Positions 20,422-28,807 of a DNA stretch of 64,000 bases are shown piece after piece (position 1 is the stretch's first letter; each line of letters begins with the position of its first letter). Where the stretch lies: NCBI GenBank assembly GCA_040756235.1, contig JBFLZG010000008.1:16695-80694 (forward strand), given 5' to 3'. This stretch comes from a bacterium (GTDB lineage: Bacteria > Desulfobacterota > DSWW01). The position numbers and the translations under genes were made by a program. Under the pieces are notes generated by a model that was not told where the DNA came from, did no database searches, and saw only the letters and a list, made by a program, of their open reading frames with translations.

Positions 20422-21051
20422 TCAACTCTCACCTTTCTCCCCTCCGCCGCAGACGCACCGGGACAGGCGCTCACGGTACTCGCCGGCCTGGTTGAAGAGC
20501 TCTTCGTTGGAGCTCTCCAGGGTCTGGATGCACATGGAAAGCTCGTGGTTGGTGGACTCGAGCTCGCGGATGAACTGCTCGGTCTGCTCGATGTTGCGGA
20601 TGAGCACGCCGGCATCACTGTCCGATGCCGCCTTCTCCCCCAGAAGCCTGACGACCTGCTCCCGCAGCTCTCCGTTGAGCTCCTGCACCTGGCCGAGCTG
20701 GCCCGACAGCTTGCGAATGGTCTCGTGGGTCTTGTCGTTCCCGACCTCGGCCTGCGGTTCGCCCAGCACGATCGTCTCGCTCTCCGGTTGCGGCGCCGCA
20801 TCCGCAATCGTGTCCGGCGGCGGGCTCGCCGTCTGCGGTGTCTGCGGCTGGAGCGCGGCGGAGCCGATGACCTGCCACATCTCGAACCGCATCTCGTGCA
20901 GCTTCTTGAGAACCTCCTCATGGCCGTCCTGGTGCGGGCAGCGCCGGTCCGCAGCGAGTCTGCGGCCGTGCAGGATGCTGACGGCGAGCAGGCCTGCAAG
21001 GGCGAGGATCGCTTCGATCATGAGCAGGAAATAGAGAGGATCAAGCTGCAT
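20422..21051 (-). CDS. Hypothetical N-terminally membrane-anchored coiled-coil protein
   Basis: TM helix LYFLLMIEAILALAGLLAVSIL; heptad-rich C-half (IRELESTNHELSMCIQTLESSNEEL); overlaps the VWA gene stop. Confidence 0.75.
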   Translation of the reverse strand: MQLDPLYFLLMIEAILALAGLLAVSILHGRRLAADRRCPHQDGHEEVLKKLHEMRFEMWQVIGSAALQPQTPQTASPPPDTIADAAPQPESETIVLGEPQAEVGNDKTHETIRKLSGQLGQVQELNGELREQVVRLLGEKAASDSDAGVLIRNIEQTEQFIRELESTNHELSMCIQTLESSNEELFNQAGEYRERLSRCVCGGGEKGES

Positions 21052-22711
21052 CGTACCTCCTGCGCCGCGCCATCCTTCTCAGGACGGCTTCCACGCCGAC
21101 ACAGCCGGCCGCCAGGGCCGCGTTCACACCGGCGAACCTGAAGAGCACCCGGGGCCAGTCGATTGCGGCCTGCCCGCCGGGGTCCCCCTCGGCATCCGCA
21201 CCGGCCTCCGCAAGGGAATTCGGACCGGCATTCGCCAACGCATTCGGATCGGCGTTCGCGACGGCATTTCTGTCCGTCCCGACGGCCGCCACGGCTCGAC
21301 CGGGAGCCGCCCCGGTCCTCCGCTCCGGCCCACGGCCCTTAGGGCCGGCCGCGTCTTCCAGTCGTCCGGGCGGCAGGGCCTCGTCGCGCGCGTGCAGGCG
21401 CAACTGTTTCTGGCGCTCGAACGTCAAGCCGCGCGCCCTCACGCGCACTTCGTAAGCGCCCGGCAGGTCCGCCCGGAGGAGGGCGGTGAAGACCCCGTCC
21501 GCGGGCCGGGCGTCTCCGCCGTCCCCGTCGTCGCGCAGGACCAGAGGGCCGGTGACCCCGGGAGGCGACTCCAGCTCGGCGCACACCCGCAGGTCGCCGG
21601 GAGCCACCGGGACCTTCTGGCTCTGGTCACCGCCCTGCTGCATCCAGGCCTCGATCCGGATCTCCTCTCCCAAGAACAAGGTGGAGCTCGGCGCCGCAAG
21701 CATCAGTTTCAGGTCCGTGAGCAGGAACGCCCGGCTGTCCGGTTCGACGCCGTGTCGGATGCGCCAGGTCCCGACCATGGGCTGGGCTGCGGTGACCGTT
21801 TCGAACGCCCTGGAGGCACGCCAGCTCAGGTCCCCGGAGTGCCTCTTGAAGGTGTGGACTCTCTTGTCGGGCGAGACCAGCACGACTGCGGTCTCCGCAT
21901 TCCTCTTGGAGAGGACCACGCGCAGCTCTCTGGCGGACAGGTCGACGAAGAAGCCGTCTTCCCGGATGGGAATGGAATCGGGCGCCGCGAGCTGCTCGAA
22001 CAGCTTGGTGAACGCCGCGCACTGCTCCGGGTCGCCCTGGACGAAAAAGGAACGCCCGCCGGTGCGGAGCGAGAGCTCGCTCAGGATCGCCGCGTCCGGG
22101 GAGCCCGCGTGGCCGACCGTGCAGATTCGGATCTGACCGCCCTCGAGGCCGGCAACGATCTCCTCGAGGCTCCGGTCCACGGCGATCCGCTCGCGTTCCG
22201 GCCCCTCCGCCGCTTCCTCTTTCCCGTTGCTGAGCAGCAGCACGGCCTTGCCCCGCGCCGTGGAACCTTGCAGCAGCTCTCCCGCCAGCCGGAGCACGGG
22301 GCCGAGCTCGCTGGTCCCTGCGCTCGAGCCCGCCGCATCCAGCGCCCGCAGAAGAGGAGTGCGATCCCCGGCCGGCTCTTCGAGCGGATGCAGGACCTCG
22401 ACCGCCGTGTCGTAGGCGACGAGCGCCAGGCGGTCTCCCGGCCGGAGAAGAGAAACGAACAGCCTGGCCCCCTCGAGCCGCGAGCCGTGCGGGTCGGTCT
22501 GCTCCATGCCCGAGGAGCGGTCGATGCACAGGACCACGTCCAGCCCCGACGTCTCGGCCGGAGAGGAGCGCGCGGAGACAGCCGTAAGGAGGACGAGCAG
22601 CACCGAGGCCGCACCCCGGAGGGGGACTCTCCGGGCGGGTGGTCTGTGCGGCACTCGTTCGATGCTCGCGCGATCCGGCCCTGCTGCGGCCCTGCCATGC
22701 GCGTGCGGCAT
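21041..22711 (-). CDS. Exported, membrane-anchored VWA-domain protein
   Basis: DVVLCIDRSSGMEQTDP; DRLALVAYD; LRDDGDGGDARPADGVFT acidic loop; C-terminal TM + RR; start uncertain. Confidence 0.8.
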   Translation of the reverse strand: MPHAHGRAAAGPDRASIERVPHRPPARRVPLRGAASVLLVLLTAVSARSSPAETSGLDVVLCIDRSSGMEQTDPHGSRLEGARLFVSLLRPGDRLALVAYDTAVEVLHPLEEPAGDRTPLLRALDAAGSSAGTSELGPVLRLAGELLQGSTARGKAVLLLSNGKEEAAEGPERERIAVDRSLEEIVAGLEGGQIRICTVGHAGSPDAAILSELSLRTGGRSFFVQGDPEQCAAFTKLFEQLAAPDSIPIREDGFFVDLSARELRVVLSKRNAETAVVLVSPDKRVHTFKRHSGDLSWRASRAFETVTAAQPMVGTWRIRHGVEPDSRAFLLTDLKLMLAAPSSTLFLGEEIRIEAWMQQGGDQSQKVPVAPGDLRVCAELESPPGVTGPLVLRDDGDGGDARPADGVFTALLRADLPGAYEVRVRARGLTFERQKQLRLHARDEALPPGRLEDAAGPKGRGPERRTGAAPGRAVAAVGTDRNAVANADPNALANAGPNSLAEAGADAEGDPGGQAAIDWPRVLFRFAGVNAALAAGCVGVEAVLRRMARRRRYDAA

Positions 22712-22740
22712 GCTCCGCCCTCTCTTCTCTGTCACAGCAG

Positions 22741-22767
22741 TTATCGGTCGGCTTTCGAGTTTCCTGA
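22741..22767 (-). promoter_or_regulatory. Sigma-28-like promoter of VWA operon
   Basis: Minus strand TCAG-N15-ACCGATAA. Confidence 0.6.
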
Positions 22768-22811
22768 GGAGCTCCTGAACGGCCCGCTCCGGTCCAGCGG
22801 CCCGCCCGGGC

Positions 22812-22838
22812 TCAAGCCTTGGCAGTTTTCGCCGATCA
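22812..22838 (+). promoter_or_regulatory. Sigma-28-like promoter of HD-GYP gene
   Basis: TCAA-N15-GCCGATCA. Confidence 0.62.
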
Positions 22839-22905
22839 TTCGGATAGATCCTCGTGACGTCCGCCCTCGGCCGCAACAGGGCCGAACCCAGGATGAGGAA
22901 CCACC

Positions 22906-23871
22906 GTGCCCCGCACGCAGAGCTTCGAGGCCAGGGGAGGCTATCTGCCCATAGAGACGGACCTCCTTCCGGCCAACCCGGTAAAGCCCCTGCAGGTCTT
23001 CGTCCTTCTGGGCGAAAGATACGTCCCCTACCCTGCCGAGGGCGCGGTGCTCACGCCGGACATCCGGCTCGAGCTGCTGGAGCGCGGCATCGGGACGCTC
23101 TATATTCACGAGACCCAGCGGCCCGCCCTCAGGGAATGCCTGGAAGAGGGGCTCGAGAGCGTCCTGCGCGACCCCTCGGTCCGCCCCGAGATCAAGTCGA
23201 AGGTCATCTGCCAAACCTGTCTCGATCAGATCGAAAAGCTGTGGCTGCGGCCGGACGCCAGGACCATCGCGGAGTGCAAAGGGGTATTCCGCCACACCAT
23301 CGACCACATCGTTGCCGCCGGGCTCATCGGGCTCCAGGAGATCCTCCGCATGCTCTCCTACGATCCGAGCATGTACGCCCATTCGGTGAACGTCGGGCTG
23401 CTGGGGACCGCCCTCGCGCGGGAAGCGCTCTCCCTTTCGTCGCACGATCTGCGCGAGGCCGGGTACGCGATGTTCCTCCACGACATCGGCAAGACCAGGA
23501 TCGACCGTGCGATCCTGAACAAGCCCGGACCGCTGTCAGAGGCCGAGTGGAGGATCATGCGGCGCCATCCGGAGATGGGCCACGCGATCCTGCGGAAGGA
23601 GGGACATCTTTCGGCGCAAGCCTCGATCACGACGCTTCAGCATCATGAGCGCGGCGACGGCAAGGGGTACCCGCTAGGCCTGAAGTGGTCGGAGATCGAT
23701 CCTCTGGGAAGAATCTGCAACCTGGTCGACTCGTACGACGCTCTGCTGGCGTCTCGTCCCTACAAGAAGGGGCTCACGCCGTTCGAAGCGCTGAAGATCA
23801 TCCGCAAGGAAATGCGGCCGGGAGCCGACCGGGCCCTGTTCCGGCAGTTCGTCCGACTGCTGCTCACCTGA
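22906..23871 (+). CDS. HD-GYP cyclic-di-GMP phosphodiesterase
   Basis: YAHSVNV; LHDIGK; LNKPGPL; QHHERGDGKGYP; DSYDALLASRPYK. Confidence 0.94.
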   Translation: MPRTQSFEARGGYLPIETDLLPANPVKPLQVFVLLGERYVPYPAEGAVLTPDIRLELLERGIGTLYIHETQRPALRECLEEGLESVLRDPSVRPEIKSKVICQTCLDQIEKLWLRPDARTIAECKGVFRHTIDHIVAAGLIGLQEILRMLSYDPSMYAHSVNVGLLGTALAREALSLSSHDLREAGYAMFLHDIGKTRIDRAILNKPGPLSEAEWRIMRRHPEMGHAILRKEGHLSAQASITTLQHHERGDGKGYPLGLKWSEIDPLGRICNLVDSYDALLASRPYKKGLTPFEALKIIRKEMRPGADRALFRQFVRLLLT

Positions 23872-23889
23872 CGGCAAGCGGAGATTCCT

Positions 23890-23942
23890 GTAGGGGCAGG
23901 GTTTGCCCTGCCCGGAACGGGCGACGCATGCGTCGCCCCTAC
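23890..23942. repeat. GTAG-type REP inverted pair (REPIN-like)
   Basis: GTAGGGGCAGGGTTTGCCCTGCCC ... GGGCGACGCATGCGTCGCCCCTAC; related copies near 60498-60520 and 63796-63824. Confidence 0.75.
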
Positions 23943-24004
23943 AACGCCCGCGGCAGGGGCAGCTTGGGGCCCTGCCCCTGGGGCGCGCATTCGGCCCTTC
24001 CCTG

Positions 24005-25138
24005 TCATCCCGACGGCGGCCGGAATCCGGTCTCGGCTCGAGCTTCCGGCAGGTCCCGTTCCGATCTCACCCGGTTGCGGCCCATTTCCTTGGCCAGGTA
24101 CAGGGCGCGGTCGGCGCGCGCCACCACGCTCTCCGGGTCGTCCTGTCCCCGGATCTCGGCCACCCCGGCGCTGATCGTGACCATGCCGATCTGCCGCTGC
24201 GTCCTGGCTACCTTGAAGCACTTCGTCGATATCTCGGCTCGCAGGTTCTCGGCCAGCCTGCAGGCGTTTTCGCAGGTGGTCATGGGCAGCAGGACCACGA
24301 ACTCCTCACCTCCGTACCGCCCGGGCACGTCCCTCCCCTTGACCGCCCCCTTCAACGCCGCTCCGATGAACTCCAGCACCGCGTCTCCGATCCGGTGTCC
24401 GAAGGTGTCGTTGATCTTCTTGAAATGATCGATATCGATCATGATGACCGAAAAAGGAACCCGGTCCGTGCAGAAACCTGCGTACAGGCTGCGCAGCTCC
24501 CCTTCGATGTGCTTGCGGTTGTACAGCCCGGTCAGCACGTCCCGGGTGGCTTCGCGCTGCACGGTCTTGAGCTCCTTGCGCAGCGACTCCGCCTCGCGCT
24601 CGGCCCGGTCGAGCTGGTCTTTGAGCTCCGAGCTCGCCTCGATCATGCTTCGTGTCTCGAGCACGAGCTCACCGATCATCTCCTTCAGCCGTACCGCACC
24701 CTCTTTCTCTTCTCCGAACCGCGCCAGGAAATGGCGGAGGCGCGCCGAGTAGGCTTCGGTCGCATCGCCGGTCGATGCGACCTTGTCCAGCGACTCGCGA
24801 AGGATGCGGTAGGTCTCCTCCATGAGCCGCTCCAGGATTTTTCTCTCCTCGAAGCCGTCGAAGTACTTGCTGAAGAGCTCCCGGTTCCGTGCCGGTGTGA
24901 ACGGGTGGCCGGAATTCAGCAGTTGATCGATCTCGCGGCTCAACTCCTCGTGGCTGCCGGTGAGGTACTCGAACCAGACCCGGTAGTTGTCCGGCGTCAG
25001 CGGGATTCGGAATCTCGCCATGGTCGGGATCGCCTTCCTGGCGACCTCTGCCGTGTAGTCGAGATCGGGTCCCCCGTCGTTCGGCTCCGGAGAGGCCGTC
25101 GACCAACAGCCATTTGCGACGTCGGAGTCGTCCTTCAC
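24005..25138 (-). CDS. Cytoplasmic diguanylate cyclase (GGEEF)
   Basis: DVLTGLYNR; IDIDHFKKINDTFGH.IGD; RYGGEEF; N-terminal IPLTPDNYRVWFEY helical region plus coiled coil. Confidence 0.95.
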   Translation of the reverse strand: MKDDSDVANGCWSTASPEPNDGGPDLDYTAEVARKAIPTMARFRIPLTPDNYRVWFEYLTGSHEELSREIDQLLNSGHPFTPARNRELFSKYFDGFEERKILERLMEETYRILRESLDKVASTGDATEAYSARLRHFLARFGEEKEGAVRLKEMIGELVLETRSMIEASSELKDQLDRAEREAESLRKELKTVQREATRDVLTGLYNRKHIEGELRSLYAGFCTDRVPFSVIMIDIDHFKKINDTFGHRIGDAVLEFIGAALKGAVKGRDVPGRYGGEEFVVLLPMTTCENACRLAENLRAEISTKCFKVARTQRQIGMVTISAGVAEIRGQDDPESVVARADRALYLAKEMGRNRVRSERDLPEARAETGFRPPSG

Positions 25139-25139
25139 C

Positions 25140-25928
25140 TCAGCCGCCTCTTTCAGCAGGGGCGACCGGCGGCCCGCAAGGGCATGCGCCGCCAGGCGGA
25201 TCCTGCCGGTACACCCTCTCGACCTGCCTCTGCCTCTGCCGCACGAGGATGTACGAAGCGATCGCCTCCCGGTCCCGCTCGGACACGTTGAGAAGACTCA
25301 CGGCGGTCGAATACCCCCCGAGCACCGACGGCCGGCTCGGCCGGACGACTTCCGCTTCCAGCCCGATGAGCGCGGGGCTCTCTCCGCGCAAGAAGAGCGC
25401 GAGCCGCAAGGTCTCCCCTCTTTCGTGCCGCCTTCGAGTCGGGAAACACATTCCGGAGAGGCTGATATCCAGCCGGCGAGCCGACGGGCCCGGATCCTTC
25501 CGGCTCCTGCCCGGCAGCACCGCCACGCAGTACAGCAGCTCGCCGCGGCTCTCCTCCAGATGGACGACCAGCCTCGTGCCTGCCGCAGCCCGGCAGCTTC
25601 CTCCGGCGGCCTCCAGGGTCTGAAACAGCCACTGCCTCAGCGCCGTACGGTCCGACTCCGGAGGGGCCGCCTCCTCATCAGGACAGGGCCCTCCGAGGCA
25701 CTCCGAGTATTCCACGGGGCCCCTCTCGTACATCCTGGGGGCCGCGCGCCGGTTCGCGTCGAGAGAGATCAGGGGGTGCGGCCCGAACGGCGGCCCGGAG
25801 GCGCCGGGCACCGGGGCCTCGTCGGCCCGGCGCCCGGCCGCGCCTGCGGCCGCCGCGCGGCTCTCGTTCAACGCCAGATAGAGGCGCAGCAGCCTGAGGG
25901 CATGGATCGGCCGATCTGGAACGGACAT
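25140..25928 (-). CDS. PilZ-domain protein
   Basis: NRRAAPR (RxxxR) and LDISLSGMCF (DxSxxG); AEVVR; DREAIASYI C-terminal helix. Confidence 0.72.
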   Translation of the reverse strand: MSVPDRPIHALRLLRLYLALNESRAAAAGAAGRRADEAPVPGASGPPFGPHPLISLDANRRAAPRMYERGPVEYSECLGGPCPDEEAAPPESDRTALRQWLFQTLEAAGGSCRAAAGTRLVVHLEESRGELLYCVAVLPGRSRKDPGPSARRLDISLSGMCFPTRRRHERGETLRLALFLRGESPALIGLEAEVVRPSRPSVLGGYSTAVSLLNVSERDREAIASYILVRQRQRQVERVYRQDPPGGACPCGPPVAPAERGG

Positions 25929-25952
25929 GGAGCCACCTGTCAGACGTATTGA

Positions 25953-26064
25953 CCAGGTGCCAGGTGTCGGGTGTCAGGTATTAGGCCCCGCCCCCTGGCC
26001 CGGGTGACAACTGATCTCATCGGAATTGGGCACACTCTGGGTGGAGCCCTGAAACCCGATACCT
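25953..26064. repeat. Inverted degenerate heptamer tandem tracts
   Basis: ccaggtg/ccaggtg/tcgggtg/tcaggta facing ctgaaac/ccgatac/ct; same unit as 12119-12244. Confidence 0.6.
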
Positions 26065-26068
26065 ATCT

Positions 26069-26256
26069 AGAGGCTGTCCCAAAACGCCCATCTGCGGCGT
26101 TGCGCTCGTGGCGCATGGAAGCGCGGGGAGCCTGCCCCGGCAGAAGCCGGGGTCCACCGAGATTCTCACTGTACGCCTCATTCCTCGGGATTTCGCGCGC
26201 CTTGCATCTGGGCATTCTTGAACAGCCTCTGAATCGAGCCTGTTGGGACAGGCTCT
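26069..26256 (+). mobile_element. MITE-like element, copy 3
   Basis: Termini AGAGGCTGTCCC and GGGACAGGCTCT; ATCT on both flanks (26065-68, 26257-60; possible 4-bp target duplication); body similar to copies 1 and 2. Confidence 0.8.
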
Positions 26257-26265
26257 ATCTATTTG

Positions 26266-26293
26266 TTCTCGGCAGAAGGGAACGATCCCTTTA
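26266..26293 (-). promoter_or_regulatory. Possible sigma-28 promoter of PilZ-GGDEF operon
   Basis: Minus strand TAAA-N16-GCCGAGAA (spacer one base too long). Confidence 0.45.
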
Positions 26294-26514
26294 CCGCGGC
26301 GGGTCGCCTGCGCTCCGGCCGAGTCCCTCGACGAACCGCAAACGACAGCCTCTCCAAACCGCCCGCGTGCGGCGTTGCCCTCTTGGCGCATGGAGGCGGG
26401 GAGTCAGCGCTGCCTCGTACTTCCGCAATTTGCGCCTCTTTCCTCAGGATTCCATGCATCTTTCATCTGCGCTGACCAAGAAACCTTCCATTCCGGGCTC
26501 GTTGCGGAAGTCGC

Positions 26515-26541
26515 TAAAGTAAATTTTGTTTCTGCCGACCA
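26515..26541 (+). promoter_or_regulatory. Sigma-28 promoter of cluster 2
   Basis: TAAA-N15-GCCGACCA (TAAAGT at -35). Confidence 0.7.
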
Positions 26542-26642
26542 CTACCTCCATCGCATCAGACCGATCATCTGACCGGGAGCCTGCTCAGGAGTCGTGATGC
26601 GGTCTCACCCTCGGCAGGCCCTGCAATGTAAGGAAGTTTTTC

Positions 26643-26876
26643 ATGGCAACGCACGTTCCCCGGCTCATCCGTGAGATCCGCGAGAGGACCGGGGTCACTC
26701 AGGAGAAATTCGCGGCCCGGCTCGGCGTGACCGCCCCTACCATCAATCGCTGGGAGAACGGACGCGCCAAACCGTCGCCGCTGGCCTGGAGAGAGATCGA
26801 GCGCCTGCTGCGCGAGCTCGGCGACCAGGGCAGCGACCTGGTCGAGGAGCACTTCAGCCCCGAGGAGCCGACATGA
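26643..26876 (+). CDS. XRE/Cro-family HTH protein
   Basis: IREIRERTGVTQEKFAARLGVTAPTINRWENGRAKPS. Confidence 0.9.
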   Translation: MATHVPRLIREIRERTGVTQEKFAARLGVTAPTINRWENGRAKPSPLAWREIERLLRELGDQGSDLVEEHFSPEEPT

Positions 26877-28045
26877 GTCACGGCTGCGCTCGACGCGATT
26901 CTGCAAAGCTGCCGGTCGAGGCGGCCCTGGCGGCACATGCGAGCGGACCGCCCCTGGTGCTGGTCGTCGACGACGAGGCCATTACGGCCCGCACGATCGA
27001 GGCGATCCTGCAGTCGGCAGGGTTCCGGACCGCCTGCGCCCCGGACATGGCCGGCGCCCTCGAGCGGATCCGGATCGAGCCTCCTGATCTGATCCTGCTC
27101 GACATCGGCCTGCCCGACGGGTCCGGCTTCGATTTGTGCCGCCTGCTCCAGGCCGACCCGGCCTCCTCGCAGGCGCCGGTCCTGTTCATCTCCGCGCACG
27201 AAGAGCTGTCCACGAAGGTGGAAGGGTTCGAAGCCGGGGGGGTCGACTACCTCACCAAGCCGGTAGCCGGGGCAGAGGTGCTCGCCCGCGTGCGGACGCA
27301 TCTGCGGCTCAGGCAGGCCGGCGTGCGCGTCGCCGAGCTCCAGGCCGAGCGGGTGGAGCGGCTGGCGGCCGCGCAGCAGAATCTCATGCCGAGGCCATCG
27401 GACTTCCCCGAGGCTCGGTTTCAGGTCTCTCTGCGTCAGGTGCTCGCGGCGGGCGGAGACTTCTACGACGTGGTCCCGGCCGGGGAGGGAATCGTCGACT
27501 ATCTCGTGGCCGACGCCAGCGGGCATGACCTCGCCGCCTCCCTGTGGACGGCGGCGCTCAAGGCGGTGGCGGCCGAGTACGCCCGACCGGCCCATTTGCC
27601 TCTGGAGGTGGTCGGCGCCATCAATAGCGCGCTGTGCCGTTTCCTTCCGTCCGGGGCCTTCTTCACCCTCGTCTACGCCCGCGTCAATCGCCGCAACGGA
27701 CAGCTCTCTCTGGTCAACGCCGGCCATCCTCCGGCCCTCATCGTGCGCGCCGACGGGCACGCAGCGACGCTCGTGCGCCAGGAAGGCGACGTGGTCGGCG
27801 CGTTCTCGGACGCGGTCTTCGGCACGGCTGAGCTCGCGTTCCAGCCGGCCGATCGGCTGTTTCTGTACACGGACGGACTGGTCGAGACCGGCGGCTCCCA
27901 GGAGGACGGAATCCGTCGGCTGGCCGCCGCCTGCTCGGCCCGGCGCACCCTGCCGCTCGAGAAGGTGGTTCCCGCCGTGGTGGACGACGTGACCTCCGAG
28001 GGGCCGGCGCAGGACGACATGGTTCTCATGGGAGTCGACCGATGA
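26873..28045 (+). CDS. Response regulator with PP2C/SpoIIE phosphatase domain (RsbU/HsbR-like)
   Basis: Receiver VVDDE..LLDIGLPDG; GGDFYD, ADASGH, VNAGHPP, LYTDGLVE, QDDM. Confidence 0.94.
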   Translation: MSHGCARRDSAKLPVEAALAAHASGPPLVLVVDDEAITARTIEAILQSAGFRTACAPDMAGALERIRIEPPDLILLDIGLPDGSGFDLCRLLQADPASSQAPVLFISAHEELSTKVEGFEAGGVDYLTKPVAGAEVLARVRTHLRLRQAGVRVAELQAERVERLAAAQQNLMPRPSDFPEARFQVSLRQVLAAGGDFYDVVPAGEGIVDYLVADASGHDLAASLWTAALKAVAAEYARPAHLPLEVVGAINSALCRFLPSGAFFTLVYARVNRRNGQLSLVNAGHPPALIVRADGHAATLVRQEGDVVGAFSDAVFGTAELAFQPADRLFLYTDGLVETGGSQEDGIRRLAAACSARRTLPLEKVVPAVVDDVTSEGPAQDDMVLMGVDR

Positions 28046-28596
28046 AGAACGGACGCCGCTCGGCGGCGCCCTCCCTGCGATGCCTCATCCCGTCCCGCCT
28101 GGGCGCCGTGGACGTCCCCTGCCGCAAGATCGTGGCGCTGCTCGAGGCCAGCCGTGCGGGCGCCGCTGCCTTTCGGGTCGGGCTCCTGGCCCGGGAGTGC
28201 CTGAACAACGCCGTGATGCACGGCAACCGCGGGCGCAGGGACAAGAAGGTCACGCTCGAGCTGCGCATCGGCCGGACCTGGATCGTCCTCAGGGTCGCAG
28301 ACGAGGGGCCCGGCTTCGCATGGAGGGACGAGCTGCGGAGGCAGCGGGACCCTGCGGCGCTCGGCGGACGCGGCCTGGCCATCTGCGCGCTCTACGCGGG
28401 GCGGATCGCGTTCAACCGCAGCGGGAATCGGATCACCCTGTGGATCCGCAAAACGGGAAAGGAGACTGCACATGCCCCAGTACGCCATAGAACACAACGA
28501 CCGCCGGGGTGTCGTAACGCTTGCCGGCGATCTGACGGCCGCGCTGGTGCCGGGCCTGCAGAGTGCGCTCAAGGGCGTCCTGAGCCAGGGCGCTGA
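28042..28596 (+). CDS. Anti-sigma-factor-type Ser/Thr kinase (RsbW/SpoIIAB-like)
   Basis: ECLNNAVMHGN; VADEGPGF; GGRGL; FNRSGN; tail overlaps the STAS gene by 125 bp. Confidence 0.88.
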   Translation: MKNGRRSAAPSLRCLIPSRLGAVDVPCRKIVALLEASRAGAAAFRVGLLARECLNNAVMHGNRGRRDKKVTLELRIGRTWIVLRVADEGPGFAWRDELRRQRDPAALGGRGLAICALYAGRIAFNRSGNRITLWIRKTGKETAHAPVRHRTQRPPGCRNACRRSDGRAGAGPAECAQGRPEPGR

Positions 28597-28807
28597 CGAG
28601 CTGGTGTTCGACCTGGCGCAGGCGGCCATGCTGGACTCCAGCGGCATGGGGCTGCTCATCGCCGCCTCCAACAGCCTGGCCAGGAACGGCGGCAGGATCC
28701 GGGTGATCAACGTGTCGGCCGACATCCTGCGGCTGCTCCAGAGCATGCGCCTGGCCGGCCGGCTCAATGCGAGCGGACGCCCGGATGCGGAGGTGCGCCA
28801 TGGATGA
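28472..28807 (+). CDS. STAS anti-anti-sigma factor (RsbV/HsbA-like)
   Basis: LVFDLAQAAMLDSSGMGLLI with conserved phospho-Ser; AAGGAG RBS. Confidence 0.93.
   Translation: MPQYAIEHNDRRGVVTLAGDLTAALVPGLQSALKGVLSQGADELVFDLAQAAMLDSSGMGLLIAASNSLARNGGRIRVINVSADILRLLQSMRLAGRLNASGRPDAEVRHG

Noticed and set aside
26643..26876. XRE protein as antitoxin of a toxin-antitoxin pair
   Set aside because: No adjacent toxin-like ORF; it is coupled (ATGA overlap) to the REC-PP2C gene
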